A DNA stretch of 64,000 bases, taken from positions 25,048,001-25,112,000 of the forward strand of contig NC_083237.1 of NCBI RefSeq assembly GCF_032191835.1, read 5' to 3'. Below are positions 61,926 to 64,000 of this stretch, in pieces (position 1 is the stretch's first letter; every line of letters begins with the position of its first letter). Origin of the DNA: Heteronotia binoei (Eukaryota). The position numbers and the translations under genes were made by a program. The notes under the pieces are model-generated. The model was not told the origin of the DNA, did no database searches, and saw only the letters and a list, made by a program, of their open reading frames with translations.

Positions 61926-63554
61926 GACTTTTACCCAGACCCGTGGAGAGGTCACTTCTGAGGTGCCAGGGGCATAAGCAGTCCCAGCCTCTGGCCTGAG
62001 TTAAAGAGCCTGCCGATCAGCTGTTTTGTGAGCCCTTTAACTTGAGTGGGCTGGGGTCCCCTTCTGCTGCCGGCCCTGCACGCTGTTTTAGTGGCAGGGA
62101 AGGGAGGGCTGTGGTGAGCTCATCGCTGCCCTCTTTCCCACCAGTGAAACAACGCATGGGCCGGCAGCAGAAGCAGCCCCCAGCCCCCTGCAAGTTAAGG
62201 GACCACGAAACAGCTGATCTGTGGGCCCTTTAACTGGTGCAGGGGCTGGGGGCTGCTTCTGATGCCGGCCCATGCGTTATTTCACTGGTGGGGAAGAGAG
62301 GGTGGTGTGAGCTCGCCACAGCCCTCCCTCCCCAGTCACTAAAACAGCGTGCAGGCGGACAGCACTTGTGGTGAGCAGGGGGAGCGCCATGCCAGCAGCA
62401 GGTGAGCAGAGTGAGGCAGCGGGGGTGGCGGGTGGCAGCAAGGGGCGAGCGGAGCACCGTGGCAGCGGCTGGGGTTATTGCCTGCCTAAGGCCCGTTCAC
62501 CCTGGAGCCGCTCCTGGCAGCAGAAGCAGCCCCCAGCCTCCCCTTCTACTTAAAGGGCCCATGGATCAGCTGTTTCAGGGGCCCTTAACTTGCATGGGGC
62601 CTGCTTCTGCTGCCGGCCCACGCGTTATTTTACTGGTAGGGAAAAGAGGGCAGTGGCGAACTCACCGCAGCCCTCCCTTCCCTGCCACTAAAACAGCAGG
62701 TGAGGTGGCAGCAGAAGCAGTCCCCAGCCCCTGCACAAGTTAAAAGGCCCGCGAAGCAGCTGCTCCAGGGGCCCTTTAACGCCCGGAAGCAAATTGGTTA
62801 GGGGAAGGGGAAGGGGAGGGGAGGGCGGTGGCAAGAGAGGCAGGCAGGGAGGGAGCAACTAGAGGGAAGATCGAAAACTGTAAATCCCCCCCCCCCCCAC
62901 CTTCCAAATCCTGGCGATGGACCTGCTTTACACCATCACCGCCATCTTGGAAAAGGGCATTCCCCCCTCAGAAGTCTTGAGAGAGACAGCCCTCTTGGAA
63001 ATGTATCGATTTATGTCGTAGAAAAGCCATTTTAAGTATGGGCAAGCGTAGCATGAACATTTTGGAAAAGGGCAAGTAAGGCTCTGCTTCCAACTTGTAT
63101 TAGGGCGGTATTATAAGATGCCATTTCTGAAAAGGGCAGAGGCTTTATCACCTTGGTGATGGTGCATTCTCCGCAACCCTATTGATTCCATCACGCATTT
63201 GGTTTAAAGTGCTGAGAAATGTTCGCTGCGTCTTTCCGCCACTTGAGGCTCTTCTCTTCTTCCACGGCTGACCTCATTCCTCTCCGCTAAATAGTTACCC
63301 TAATTGCATTCAGAAGCCGCCACTTCCTCACGCTAGCCTCATACTAATTAATTAACTCGCTGGGTAAAACCTATGAAAATTATCTAATTAAAGTTGTAAT
63401 TTAGACTTCTGAGATTACCAAATGTTGCAGAAAAGAAACCAATCTCCTCCTGACATAACATTCAAATAATCTATGTGCCAGTGTCTATTTTGTTGGTGCT
63501 TTTATTTAAAACGGGGAACATTTCTCCAAAGAGCTGAGGATGGCGTTTGTGGGT

Positions 63555-63825
63555 GTCCTTCATTTTATCCTTAATAATCCTGTGAGGAAGGTTACACATT
63601 CATTTTCAAGACTAATACATCCTGCTCACAGTAAAGGGGGTGGGGAGGCAACAAAAACGGAAACTATCAGTGGAAAAGGCATTAAGACGATCCATTTAAA
63701 AACACAGTCAGGTTTTGCTGAGAGAATTAGCTCAAGGTCAGGCTGTGGGCTTCATGACTGAGGAGGGACTTGAACCCAGGTCTCTCTAATCAAAGTCCTT
63801 CATTCTAACTATTACACCAGACTGC
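63555..63825 (-). mobile_element. Old CORE-SINE (MIR-like) remnant
   Basis: ATTTTATCCT..AATCCTGTGAGG...CAAGGTCA...GGACTTGAACCCAGGTCT pattern; similar remnants at ~1180-1270, 20880-21050, 21190-21330 and 28070-28190. Confidence 0.5.
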
Positions 63826-64000
63826 ATTGTGTATGGGTGACATGAGTTTCCTGGCACCCACTTGATTTCTTCCCAAAGTCTTATCAAAACAAAGTCCCAG
63901 TCCAGGTGTTCCTTCCAGCATCTCATAGAGCAGATGTTTCAGAAGAGTCCAGCTAGCATTACCTTTGTGTCTTCAGGCAACCTCTATTTGGAAACAGAGA

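Larger units (their letters stand above)
51091..61942. mobile_element. Foldback-type (Mutator-like) non-autonomous DNA transposon, ~10.85 kb, with arms made of 154-bp tandem repeats
   Basis: Left end GGGAAAAGGTAAAAGTCGGATCTACACGGATCTTCATGAATTC, right end (reverse complement) GGGTCTGGGTAAAAGTCGGATCTACACGGATCTTCATGAATTC; direct repeat GTGGAGAGG at 51082-51090 and 61943-61951; arms ~51091-54540 and ~56440-61942 in opposite orientation. Confidence 0.8.
50419..62925. mobile_element. Outer GC-rich non-autonomous hAT/Tip100-like element (50419-51090 plus 61952-62925), split by the foldback insertion
   Basis: Termini CAGGGCCCTAGCTAGAATTTGG versus reverse complement CAGGTCCATCGCCAGGATTTGG (17 of 22 match); arms 50419-50928 and 62448-62925 are imperfect inverted copies. 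No matching 8-bp TSD found (CCTAGGCG vs CTTTACAC). Confidence 0.6.

Noticed and set aside
51217-61955. Dozens of overlapping 60-357 aa ORFs in the arrays (MPWIPPSHPSSHISC..., MDPHDFC...)
   Set aside because: By-products of a stop-poor 154-bp repeat; 154 is not divisible by 3, so all frames cycle. No domain similarity and frequent frameshifts between units.
50411-62933. TSD for the outer hAT-like element
   Set aside because: The 8 bp flanking the inferred termini (CCTAGGCG vs CTTTACAC) do not match, so the outer boundaries stay tentative.

Overview
Eukaryotic, intron-rich window from a squamate reptile. The SINE, CR1 and hAT-MITE repertoire looks gecko-like (inference). It holds five protein-coding genes: LENG1 exon 1 (-), complete TMC4 (-, 16 coding exons, 712 aa), complete MBOAT7 (-, 7 coding exons, 473 aa), complete TSEN34 (+, 4 coding exons, 286 aa) and complete GRWD1 (-, 7 coding exons, 458 aa). 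Exon phases were checked by hand and each complete gene has an open frame. Introns are packed with SINEs, hAT MITEs and LINE fragments (CR1, Rex1/Babar, RTE-X). The unusual feature is a ~12.5 kb nested foldback structure just upstream of GRWD1 (50419-62925). At its core is a ~10.85 kb element (51091-61942) whose two arms are oppositely oriented arrays of a 154-bp unit, with matching termini and a 9-bp direct repeat (GTGGAGAGG) on each side, which is a Foldback/Mutator-like signature. It sits inside a GC-rich hAT-like element with long inverted arms and carries an inverted CR1 pair and a palindromic MITE at its centre. No transposase is visible. Family assignments of repeats come from recalled motifs, not database searches.
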